Assembly (NCBI GenBank): GCA_910584085.1
Contig: CAJTZY010000006.1
Location: 668 to 64,667 of the forward strand
Reading direction: 5' to 3'
From: an uncultured Bacilli bacterium
Lineage (GTDB): Bacteria > Bacillota_I > Bacilli_A > RF39 > UBA660
Length of the DNA: 64,000 nt
In this document: piece after piece, positions 19,088 to 27,408 of the stretch
Layout of the letters: each line of letters starts with the position of its first letter
Numbering within the stretch: the stretch's first letter is position 1
The notes under the pieces: generated by a model
Told to the model about the DNA's origin: nothing
Database searches by the model: none
What the model saw: the letters and a program-made list of their open reading frames with translations, nothing else
Program-made: the position numbers and the translations under genes

Positions 19088-20953
19088 AAATAATGTTCTT
19101 TGGCAAATTGATAATTGAACTATATGACAAACTATAACGCAATATAGTATAGATATTATCTTGTTCTTATTACCTTTGAGAGCGATTTTAAAGGGGATTG
19201 AGTGCATTTTGTTGGAAACAGCGAAATGGTAACCTACAAAGTAGGGAAAAAGATAATAGTGGTTTATTGTAGAGTTTTATAAAATACAGAACTAATCGTT
19301 GACAATCATAACCACCTATGGTAAATAGGGCGATAACTTATTAGTAGTACTTTGTGTGGTTACAAAGAGTGAAAATAAGAATACCAATAAGTCAATTATG
19401 CAGTTGATACCTAGTGATAGGAGTATAAGATTAGAAACTGGTACAAGTAGCACAAACTTGCATAAAAAAAGCAAATTTGTAAATGAAAGATATAATGGTA
19501 TATTTGAATTTAACATCTAAAGTGTGTGAAAGTTGTTGGTAAAGAATCCAATGTAGTTTTAGGTTTATTGGAAATGATGGACTATAGTCTTTGAGCTATA
19601 GTATCCTGCATTTTTGATAAGCCAGGTATTAGAGGAAATGGGGTCGCAACCTATCAGGACTAATACTTGCTAGTGATTGAATAATAAATGGCTATAGTAA
19701 ATTAGTGTGAGAAACACCAATTATCAATTTGTCAAAGGGCATTATATGTCCTTTACCTCCAAATAATAAAGCACTATCTTTAGTAGGTAGTGTACTGAAT
19801 AATATGCATGAAACAGACTACAGTGTGAGCAATCGTAGGTGTGAGCATAGTAGCCAATGGGAACGGTTATTATTTAGTACAGTATCTATTAAGATACAAG
19901 ATACATAAATAGTCGTAGGAGTTTTAGCGTATTAAATTACGGTTTAGAAAGCCTTTACATACATATTTAATGTATTCACATAAGATGTGTCTTAATGTAA
20001 GAAAAACTAAGACGTAAGGTTGATGACCTTTGTATTAATGGATTGCAACGTAAACAGTCAGCTATATTCTAGAGATAGTGGTTGTAGTCTTGGGATTGCG
20101 GTCGGTGGAAATCCGATATGATGGGGGTCGGTATTCCCAGCCTAGCTTCGGCGACCTATAAGGTTAAACACAAAATAGAAAGCACCCATAGCCTAATACA
20201 AAAAATAGGCAGATACCATATCATCTTTATAGGTGATATAGAGCAATAAATAAAAATGGTGAGAATTACAAGGGAGAAAGCCACCTCTCTACCGTATTGT
20301 TATACAGTGGTGTTTAGCATGGAAAGTATAACGAGTAAAGTAATCAAATTTATTGTTCTATATTGTCTATAAGACAATGAAATGCGAGGATGACTACTCG
20401 GAATTGATTAGACGTTGTCTTTTCAATTTGTTGTTCAAGAACTTTCTATTTATCTTGGCTAGGGCAAGCTTACGAACAAAGTAGATGCGAAATGAGTTAA
20501 AGATCTTGTCAGTAGAGAATAACTGTCAGTATTTGCTACTAATAGCAAAAGCCCATTTAATAATTAATTAAAAGTTGAAAGTATCTTTTATCAAAACAAT
20601 AACGTATGGCGCTATTGTCGACTATAAGCCCCCAACGTGAGTTAGATATAAAAACATAGTCTATCGGTGCGTTTTCGCAAGCGAGTTTAATATGTCCGTA
20701 TGACGTGAGGAATAAAAGTGGTGAGTTATTCCAAGATAACCCAAATAAAAAAACTCGTAGATATTGTTCTCGTGAACGAACAGAGATTCACGTTGGTTAT
20801 GACAAACATACGCTGAGCTATCAGTAGTAATTCTAAGTAAGTTGTCGTAATGGGCAACCACGGTTATTGCTTAGAGAAATAGTGGAACGTCTAACAGTGT
20901 CTATGGGTTAGGCAAAGTCCGATTGAGTAAGGTAGGTTTTCAATTGGTTTAAT
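19088..20953 (+). ncRNA. ~1.87-kb unknown, probably highly structured non-coding RNA region (candidate giant ornate RNA, GOLLD/ROOL-like context)
   Basis: No + strand ORF of 60 aa or more. G+C is clearly elevated: hand counts give 26/60 at 19801 and 33/60 at 20101, against 15/60 at coding line 30001. It contains numerous local helices and is bracketed by tRNA or tRNA-like genes and an intrinsic terminator. The strand is inferred from the flanking tRNAs and terminator. Confidence 0.5.
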
Positions 20954-21059
20954 CGGTAAGTAGCAAAGTGAAAATGCTTGCATCAAAGGGTGTAGAGAAA
21001 GGTAATATCCGTCGGGAATAACCTCATACGTTAGGTTCAATTCCTAACCTTGCCGACCA
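20954..21059 (+). ncRNA. aberrant tRNA-like element 1
   Basis: Canonical 3' half (GTTAGG-TTCAATT-CCTAAC, acceptor CTTGCCG, A, CCA) pairs with CGGTAAG at the 5' end, and a D-arm-like hairpin is present. About 47 nt replace a normal anticodon/variable region, so no clean cloverleaf forms. Confidence 0.35.
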
Positions 21060-21064
21060 AATAT

Positions 21065-21162
21065 GGGGCGTGTAGCTTAATGGGAAAAGCTTGTGTCGTA
21101 ATAACTGGGACATGACACTTAATCGGCAGTTGATATTGGTTCGAGTCCAATCATATGCCCCT
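21065..21162 (+). ncRNA. aberrant tRNA-like element 2
   Basis: GGGGCGT-GT-AGCT-taatgggaaa-AGCT D arm and a canonical T arm ATTGG-TTCGAGT-CCAAT. However, the GTGTC ... GACAC stem encloses 16 nt, there is a long variable hairpin, and 3 extra nt precede the acceptor 3' strand ATGCCCC. Confidence 0.35.
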
Positions 21163-21182
21163 AATCAATTTGAATTTATGAA

Positions 21183-21209
21183 GGGAGAATAATATAATTC
21201 TCTCTTTTT
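21183..21209 (+). terminator. Rho-independent terminator closing the RNA locus
   Basis: GGGAGAAT/ATTCTCTC stem with a 6-nt loop and T5. Confidence 0.6.
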
Positions 21210-21229
21210 ATATAGAAAGAAGTGATAAA

Positions 21230-21721
21230 ATGATTTTGTCAATAGATCCTGGAAACATAGAAAGCGCTTATTGCGTTATAGATGATAGCACATACAAGCC
21301 AATAGAATTCGCAAAAATCAATAATGATGATTTAATTGTAAAAATGATAACAATAATAAAAAAATATGATATTTACACTTTAGTTATAGAAATGGTTGCA
21401 AGTTATGGAATGGCAGTAGGTAAAACAGTTTTTGATACTTGTGTATGGATAGGTAGATTTTATGAACAAGCAATAAAATATATGGGTAGTATTGAATTTA
21501 TATATAGAAAAGATGAAAAAATAAATTTATGTAACTCAATGAAAGCAAAAGATAGTAATATTAGGCAAGCTTTAATAGATAGATTTGGGGAAGTTGGAAC
21601 TAAAAATAATCAGGGATGGTTTTATGGTTTTAAGGCTGATATTTGGGCAAGTTATGCTGTAGGAGTTACTTACTTAGACAAAATAAAGAGTGGAAGTGAC
21701 AAAAATGTCGTATATAAGTAG
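21230..21721 (+). CDS. RuvC-like Holliday-junction resolvase
   Basis: MILSIDPG (catalytic Asp), LVIEMV, FKADIW acidic motifs. The size (163 aa) is typical of phage RuvC-like resolvases. Confidence 0.65.
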   Translation: MILSIDPGNIESAYCVIDDSTYKPIEFAKINNDDLIVKMITIIKKYDIYTLVIEMVASYGMAVGKTVFDTCVWIGRFYEQAIKYMGSIEFIYRKDEKINLCNSMKAKDSNIRQALIDRFGEVGTKNNQGWFYGFKADIWASYAVGVTYLDKIKSGSDKNVVYK

Positions 21722-21944
21722 ATATGATACTAAATTTTTAACATTTATGAATAGGAAATATCAAAAATACAATGTAAATTTTGAATTTTTTGATGATTAC
21801 ATTTTATGGCTATATTACGATTATTTTGGGGAAAATGAAGAACTGTATTATAAACAATTAGAAAAAGATTTATGGAAATATGTAGAGTTTCAAAGTGGAA
21901 AAGAACGAGATAAGAGAGATAGGGTGGATATAAATGAAAGCTAA
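21705..21944 (+). CDS. hypothetical phage protein
   Basis: Start set to ATG 21705 (SD GGAAGTGA). The track start is GTG 21690. Confidence 0.45.
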   Translation: MSYISRYDTKFLTFMNRKYQKYNVNFEFFDDYILWLYYDYFGENEELYYKQLEKDLWKYVEFQSGKERDKRDRVDINES

Positions 21945-22608
21945 TTTAGAAGAGTCAAAATTGAAAAAACAAAGAAAGTTTAATGAAAACAGAGAAAAAG
22001 TTTTGCAGGAAAAAGAAAATCTTGTAAAAAAAATACAGGAAGAGTATAAGGATATGTTATTACCAACCTTAAAAGAAAAAACAAATGAAATAACAAATTT
22101 ACTTGTAGAAAAATTAAAGGCACGTGGAGATAAAGTAAACTCAATTGAAATATTATCGGTTATAGCAAAAAGAAGCCTAGTTGATGTTGTTAAAGGAAAT
22201 GCAAATTCCTATACACCACAAGAGATTATGATAGCATTTAATCTTTATATTCAAATGATAGACAAAATACAAGAATATAGAAATTTTCCTCCAACTGTTG
22301 AAAGTTTTTGTTTATTTTTGGGAATAAGTAGGTCAACTTATAACAATTGGTTGGTAGATTCAGATAGAAAAGATGCTATGGATTATGTACATTCTTATTT
22401 ATTAGGTGTATTAGCAAATGGTGGTTTAACAGGTGAAACAAAAGAAATATCAAGTATGTTTTTACAAAAGACAATGGGTAAGACAGAATTACAACAACCA
22501 ATTCAACATGAAGTAACAGTCAAAACTGATATTGACGCAATACAAAATCAATTAAGTGCATTAAAAAGAGATAATATTATAGAGGGAGAATTTGAAGAGA
22601 ATGAATAA
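21934..22608 (+). CDS. terS: terminase small subunit
   Basis: Central HTH-like PPTVESFCLFLGISRSTYNNW and the following ...SSMFLQKTMGK pattern are typical of Firmicute phage TerS. Size is 224 aa. Confidence 0.6.
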   Translation: MKANLEESKLKKQRKFNENREKVLQEKENLVKKIQEEYKDMLLPTLKEKTNEITNLLVEKLKARGDKVNSIEILSVIAKRSLVDVVKGNANSYTPQEIMIAFNLYIQMIDKIQEYRNFPPTVESFCLFLGISRSTYNNWLVDSDRKDAMDYVHSYLLGVLANGGLTGETKEISSMFLQKTMGKTELQQPIQHEVTVKTDIDAIQNQLSALKRDNIIEGEFEENE

Positions 22609-22771
22609 AGAAACTGGAAAAGGTATTAAATTTGAAAGAATAAGAAGAGTTACAGGTTATTTAAGTGGAGATGTATCAAGATTTAACAATGGAAAAAGGG
22701 CAGAGGAAAAAGATAGAGTAAAACATAATGGAATAAATGAAGTAAATAAAGAGGTAAAAGAAAGTGAGTAA
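22601..22771 (+). CDS. 56-aa stand-alone NrdD-type glycyl-radical domain protein
   Basis: Not in the ORF track. MNKETGKGIKFERIRRVTGYLSGDVSRFNNGKRAEEKDRVKHNGINEVNKEVKESE contains RVxGYL ... NxGKxxExxxRxxH, the C-terminal glycyl-radical signature of class III ribonucleotide reductase. Start overlaps the terS stop (ATGAATAA). Confidence 0.55.
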   Translation: MNKETGKGIKFERIRRVTGYLSGDVSRFNNGKRAEEKDRVKHNGINEVNKEVKESE

Positions 22772-22970
22772 AGTAGTAGGAGTTACAATAGGAACAAAAT
22801 CACCACATACAAAAGATAAAATATACTATTATACAACGGAAAAAGATTTGAAAAAAGGCGATGTAGTAGATATCAAAGTAGATACAGGTGGAACGCCAAG
22901 TGCAACAGTAGTAATACAAGATAGTCATAAAAAGTTCGATAGGGAATTAAAAAAATTAGATATTAAATAA
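22764..22970 (+). CDS. hypothetical phage protein (68 aa)
   Basis: GTG start overlapping the upstream stop. Confidence 0.4.
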   Translation: MSKVVGVTIGTKSPHTKDKIYYYTTEKDLKKGDVVDIKVDTGGTPSATVVIQDSHKKFDRELKKLDIK

Positions 22971-22980
22971 TATAAAACCG

Positions 22981-23009
22981 GAAAAAGTTTTGGGTTAGAA
23001 AAAGTTTTG
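22981..23009. repeat. direct repeat GAAAAAGTTTTG x2
   Basis: 22981-22992 and 22998-23009, at the left border of the reverse-oriented cassette. Confidence 0.6.
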
Positions 23010-23375
23010 CAATCTTTTATATATAATAGAGGTATATTATTTGCATATCTTTTTATTATATTGAATATTATAATTAGTCTTTAATAAACCGCTTTATTAG
23101 CTTAATAAAATATAAAATAATATAAATATACTATAAAATAAAACAAGCCTAAAAACGGCTTAAAATTGCAAATAAAAGGGTATTGTTTTTTATTAAAATA
23201 TAGTATATAATATAATTGCTTTTTGAAATTTGCTTGGATAAATCAAAAAAGATAAAAGCAATATAGAATTATGCCTAGTTAAATAAATAATCTATGTTAT
23301 TTTTTGAATGGTAAGCAACTGGGTATAATGAGTTATATTTGTATATCATTTTATGATATACCTCAAACAACACAT

Positions 23376-23400
23376 GAGGCTTAAATGCCTCGTTTTTTTT
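23376..23400 (+). terminator. Rho-independent terminator ending the terS transcription unit
   Basis: GAGGC-ttaaat-GCCTC followed by T8. Confidence 0.65.
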
Positions 23401-23489
23401 GTATATAAAAACTTTGCTATTTATTTTTTTTAGCAAAGTCACATAACCCACACCACATAGCAAGAGCTATTATAATTATAATTGCCATA

Positions 23490-24275
23490 TTATGCCTCCT
23501 TTTTAAGATTATCTAATATAATTTTATAATCTTTTGTATTGTATTTTTCATAACATTTTTTTAAATCTTTTTTAAATGTCTCTCTTGGAAATCTAGTTTT
23601 TAATACTGCTTTGTTTTGCCCTATATTTTCATTTATCATTTTTTCTAATGTATTTATAAAATTTTCTTTACTTGATTTGTCTGTTCTAGGTTTTCCAATT
23701 TGTTTCCCTTGAAGTCTTGCTTTTTCAATTCCCGCTTTTGTACTTCTAGAAACTTCCTCTATTTTTTTACATGCAACATAGTTTATAGCATTAAATACAA
23801 TATCACGTAAGAATTTGTATTCTAGTGTAATTGTTTCTTGTTTTTCGTTTGGAAATTTAGCACTTAGCATTTCATTATCTAAAATTATAACATTTATATT
23901 TTTTTCAGTTAGAAATTGCCATTCTTTTTTTGTATTATCCCAGTTTCTACCTAATCTACTTAATTCACTAACGATTAAATAGTCATTATTTTGTAGTAAG
24001 TCGTGTACTTCTTCGTATTGCTTACGATTTAGTTTTTTTCCTGTATATTTATCGCAATATATATAATCAATACATATTGTAATATTTTTATTTTTTGCCC
24101 ACTTATAAAGTTCTAATATTTGACGGCCAAAGTCTTGACATTCAGTACTAACACGGATGTATACATATAAATGACATTTATAATTATTATAAAATATGTC
24201 ATCAATTGTAAATACATCATTTAAACTCTCTTTATTTATAAAATTTATTATTTCTTGCTTATAATCTTTATTCAT
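23490..24275 (-). CDS. small serine recombinase (resolvase/invertase family)
   Basis: Catalytic motif LYVYIRVSTECQDFGRQ (nucleophile Ser) and LIVSELSRLGRN. Basic HTH-like C-terminal region. Confidence 0.8.
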   Translation of the reverse strand: MNKDYKQEIINFINKESLNDVFTIDDIFYNNYKCHLYVYIRVSTECQDFGRQILELYKWAKNKNITICIDYIYCDKYTGKKLNRKQYEEVHDLLQNNDYLIVSELSRLGRNWDNTKKEWQFLTEKNINVIILDNEMLSAKFPNEKQETITLEYKFLRDIVFNAINYVACKKIEEVSRSTKAGIEKARLQGKQIGKPRTDKSSKENFINTLEKMINENIGQNKAVLKTRFPRETFKKDLKKCYEKYNTKDYKIILDNLKKEA

Positions 24276-24672
24276 TTTCTACCATCTCCTTAAATTCATC
24301 AAGTGAATAATTTTCACGATCTAAATCATAAAAATATGTATAGTTTATTTCCTCTTTTAGATATTCAATGATTTTATCTAATACTTTTTCATTTACTTTA
24401 TAAATGACTTTATCTTTCTTTAAGTCATATTCTTCAATATCATATTTAAAATTAGAATATAAACTTTTAAAATTGTTATATGGTATATATTCTAATATAG
24501 TGCCATCTAGGCTTATTATTGTATTTGAATAACCATTTTCCCAATCTTGAACAGACATTCCATTGTTTTCATCAAATTGGCTTTCATATTCATTTATAGC
24601 ATTTTGTATTATTTCTTCTATTAATCTTTCAATTTTATTAATTTTATTTATCATTTTTGTATCTTTATCCAT
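24268..24672 (-). CDS. hypothetical acidic protein
   Basis: ORF-track ORF. Its stop overlaps the recombinase start. Confidence 0.5.
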   Translation of the reverse strand: MDKDTKMINKINKIERLIEEIIQNAINEYESQFDENNGMSVQDWENGYSNTIISLDGTILEYIPYNNFKSLYSNFKYDIEEYDLKKDKVIYKVNEKVLDKIIEYLKEEINYTYFYDLDRENYSLDEFKEMVENE

Positions 24673-24673
24673 T

Positions 24674-24826
24674 TTATAATATCTCCATTTTATTTAAACC
24701 ATTTCTATTTTTAAAATTTTCTATAGTATTTTTACATTCAATTTTATAACATAAATCTATTTTATCAAATAAATAATCTAGTAGTACAATTAAATCATTT
24801 GCATTTATTTTAACATATTTATTCAT
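24674..24826 (-). CDS. hypothetical 50-aa protein
   Basis: Not in the track. MNKYVKINANDLIVLLDYLFDKIDLCYKIECKNTIENFKNRNGLNKMEIL exactly fills the gap between two coupled genes. Confidence 0.4.
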   Translation of the reverse strand: MNKYVKINANDLIVLLDYLFDKIDLCYKIECKNTIENFKNRNGLNKMEIL

Positions 24827-25070
24827 ATTTTTTTAACACCTCCGTTTTTTCATTTTTTAAATATTCTATTATTTCATCAATTATTTTTTCACATTCTATA
24901 GGTCTCTCATCTTCGATAAGTAACTCTTCATATGCTATACTCTCTAAATAGTCCCAATCTTTATACTTTTTACTTTTGTGATGTGGTTTATTTCTATATA
25001 GTATATTATAAAAATCTTCTAATGAATAATTTTCTTTTAATTTATCCCAGTTTATCATTATTCTACGCAC
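24819..25070 (-). CDS. hypothetical protein
   Basis: ORF-track ORF in the minus-strand operon. Confidence 0.45.
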   Translation of the reverse strand: MRRIMINWDKLKENYSLEDFYNILYRNKPHHKSKKYKDWDYLESIAYEELLIEDERPIECEKIIDEIIEYLKNEKTEVLKKYE

Positions 25071-25294
25071 TCCTTTAATAAATCTAAAATAAATTCTTTT
25101 CTTTCTTTTATATAGTCTTCAATACTTTCTACTAATGATTTTTTATTATTATCATAAGTAACATAATCATTATAAATATATCTAATATTTCGCATATAGA
25201 TATCAAGCAAGATATCTTTATCATGTAAGAATTTTTTCTCTAATATCATTGATAAATAGAATTGTACCTCGTAAATATAACTATTATTAATCAT
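25058..25294 (-). CDS. hypothetical protein
   Basis: ORF-track ORF in the minus-strand operon. Confidence 0.45.
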   Translation of the reverse strand: MINNSYIYEVQFYLSMILEKKFLHDKDILLDIYMRNIRYIYNDYVTYDNNKKSLVESIEDYIKERKEFILDLLKECVE

Positions 25295-25306
25295 TTTTAA
25301 TACCTC

Positions 25307-25588
25307 CTAATTATAACTCATTTTACTTTGTATATCACTGTTTAAAGCAATTAAAGTATTGTTTGTAATTTCTATTCCTCTTGTTTCAACACCGATTTTT
25401 TGTCCTTTAAAATATAAATACCAAGTAATTTTATCAAAACTTTTAGCATAATAATAATCTGCGTCATCATATGGTCTAGGTTTATACATTTTATAACGTG
25501 GTATTTTACCATTATATACGTCTTGATACCAACTATATTTTTCATTTTCTTCTTTTAATAAATCTTGTATTTTATAACCATTTTTCAT
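25307..25588 (-). CDS. hypothetical protein (93 aa)
   Basis: Start trimmed to ATG 25588 (SD GGGAG) to remove the overlap with the upstream gene. Confidence 0.45.
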   Translation of the reverse strand: MKNGYKIQDLLKEENEKYSWYQDVYNGKIPRYKMYKPRPYDDADYYYAKSFDKITWYLYFKGQKIGVETRGIEITNNTLIALNSDIQSKMSYN

Positions 25589-25592
25589 ACTA

Positions 25593-25997
25593 TTAACACT
25601 CCCATTCAGTCCAATAGCTGTCGCCATTTCCATTGTCATACATTTCCAAATATTCTTCTTGTGTATAATGTTTATGTAAGCATTCATCACTACAATAGTA
25701 TTCTTCGCCATTTTCTATACAATAGCCTTGTGTCATTTCTTTGTGACATTCTGAACAAGTTCTTGTTTCTTTTTCTTCTTTATTTACTATATCTTTGTTA
25801 TCCCAATAATCTATTGTATAACCCATGCCATTGTCATAATTAATACATACAATAGTATCATCTTTTAAGTCTTTTAAATCTTCTTTTACTTCTTCTTCAA
25901 AGTCACTATCAATATTAACTGCGTTATTTTTCCAATAATCTAATATATCTTTTTTTGTTCCGAGCAATAATTCACCATTATCATAAATATTATTCAT
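25593..25997 (-). CDS. hypothetical protein with C-terminal CxxC...CxxxC zinc-ribbon-like motif
   Basis: ...RTCSECHKEMTQGYCIENGEEYYCSDECLHKHY... Confidence 0.45.
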   Translation of the reverse strand: MNNIYDNGELLLGTKKDILDYWKNNAVNIDSDFEEEVKEDLKDLKDDTIVCINYDNGMGYTIDYWDNKDIVNKEEKETRTCSECHKEMTQGYCIENGEEYYCSDECLHKHYTQEEYLEMYDNGNGDSYWTEWEC

Positions 25998-26235
25998 ATA
26001 TTACACCTCTTTCTAATAATTCATTTAATAATAAATCAATTATTTTATTTTGTTTTGTTCTTGTTGGTCGTTCGATTCTATTTATAATTTTAAAGTAATT
26101 GTCATAATAGGCTGTTAATTTTTCAATCCACCAAGTCGCACCACAATGCGATAATTTAATATCATAAGTTATTTTTAAATTGTGATTATTATCTTCTAAT
26201 ACCTCTATAATTTTTACTTGTTCTACTTTATCCAT
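25990..26235 (-). CDS. hypothetical protein
   Basis: ORF-track ORF in the minus-strand operon. Confidence 0.45.
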   Translation of the reverse strand: MDKVEQVKIIEVLEDNNHNLKITYDIKLSHCGATWWIEKLTAYYDNYFKIINRIERPTRTKQNKIIDLLLNELLERGVIYE

Positions 26236-26246
26236 TTTTACACCTC

Positions 26247-26792
26247 TTATCTATTAGCCCAATATCCCATACAATAGATATTTTTATTGTATTTCTTGAA
26301 ATATTTTTTTAATCTTTCTATATAATTGTTTATAAATTCGTCACATATTTTGTTATATTCTTGTATCTCTTCATTTGTCATATATCTTCTAAAATAGTTC
26401 TTTTTATTGTTATATTCTAAATCTTGTAGATAGTCAGTATAATAGTTTGTACTTAATACTGGCGATACTTGTACGTCACTTGTACAATAATGTTTTATAA
26501 AATATGGTTGTGTTTGTTCGTTATATTCATCTATTTTGTGATATTCACTAGTATAATTCATTTCATTATAATTTAAGAATAATTCTTCGGTCAATTTTGG
26601 TATTTCGTATTCATCATCGAAATATAAAGTTTTTGTTATACTAGGTTTGTTTTTAAAACTTAACACAAGTCCATCATTTGTTTTATAATATGTATATGTT
26701 TTTAAGTACCATTCAATCATATTTGGGCTTTCTTGCTCATTTTCTAACATCGATTTTACTTCTTCTAATTCCATTTTTTTCATATTTTTCAT
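26247..26792 (-). CDS. hypothetical Tyr/Asn/Glu-rich protein
   Basis: ORF-track ORF, first large gene of the minus-strand operon. Confidence 0.5.
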   Translation of the reverse strand: MKNMKKMELEEVKSMLENEQESPNMIEWYLKTYTYYKTNDGLVLSFKNKPSITKTLYFDDEYEIPKLTEELFLNYNEMNYTSEYHKIDEYNEQTQPYFIKHYCTSDVQVSPVLSTNYYTDYLQDLEYNNKKNYFRRYMTNEEIQEYNKICDEFINNYIERLKKYFKKYNKNIYCMGYWANR

Positions 26793-26887
26793 TTCCTCCC
26801 ATTATGTCATACTTGACATTTTTTAAAATTAAATATATAATGAGAGACAAGGAAAGGGAAACCTTTTCTTATATACAACTATTCTTA

Positions 26888-27088
26888 TTAAAAGAAGTAG
26901 TTATATATTAGTTTTTTTATTTGAGTTATCTTATGAGTTTCGCGACTGGAGATAACTCTTTTTATTTTTTCTATTAACTTTCTAAAATCTTTATTGAATT
27001 TATAAACAAATAATAACCATATTAACCATAATATTAATACTTGCATTAATGTTTCTAGTATTGACCATATTATTACCATTTCGATCAA
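26888..27088 (-). CDS. small membrane protein
   Basis: 66 aa. N-terminal hydrophobic segment IIWSILETLMQVLILWLIWLLFV. Confidence 0.4.
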   Translation of the reverse strand: MIEMVIIWSILETLMQVLILWLIWLLFVYKFNKDFRKLIEKIKRVISSRETHKITQIKKLIYNYFF

Positions 27089-27374
27089 CTCCTTTTTTTG
27101 TAGGTTTTCCCATTTCCTTATCTCTATATATTATTATACTCTTTTTTTTAAAAAAGTCAATACTTTTTAATAATTTTATCCTAAAAAATGCATTATTTTA
27201 TAAGGTAAATACTATGTATATTAATGTCTTAAAAATGTATATATTTATATTGCCATATTATTATATATTTTATTATTTATTTGCTATATTTTGATTGTTA
27301 TTTTATTGATTGATATATTTATATTATTTATTATAATATGGCTTATATATGATATATATAGTATTATCATTAGC

Positions 27375-27408
27375 ATATTATATTGGTATATTATATTGAT
27401 ATATTGAT
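27375..27408. repeat. tandem 13-mers ATATTATATTGRT (2.6 copies) within a ~700-bp gene-free, extremely AT-rich spacer
   Basis: atattatattggt / atattatattgat / atattgat. Surrounding sequence 27100-27560 is almost pure A/T with many short repeats. Confidence 0.6.

Noticed and set aside
19810-19920. Group I intron-like core motifs inside the large RNA region. ACAGACUACA resembles the R element / P7 5' strand. AAGAUACAUAAAUAGUCG resembles J8/7 plus the P7 3' strand. GGAAAUGGGGUCGCAAC at 19633-19650 is reminiscent of a P4/P5 segment.
   Set aside because: I could pair only GACUA/UAGUC (5 bp). I could not build consistent P3, P4-P6 or P1/P10 helices. There is no interrupted host gene or tRNA to serve as exons. 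I kept it only as an alternative to test with the Rfam intron models.
19013-20861. Three ORF-track ORFs on the minus strand inside the RNA locus (19013-19207, 19316-19516, 20661-20861).
   Set aside because: They have no SD and lie antisense to the tRNAs and the terminator-defined unit. One overlaps the tRNA(CAU) gene. They are short with odd compositions, consistent with chance ORFs in a stop-poor, G+C-richer stretch.
20905-20930. GGCAAAGTCCGATTGAG as an RNase P RNA-like (GGAAAGTCCGGGC) signature.
   Set aside because: It is only a short partial match. None of the other universally conserved RNase P regions was found nearby.
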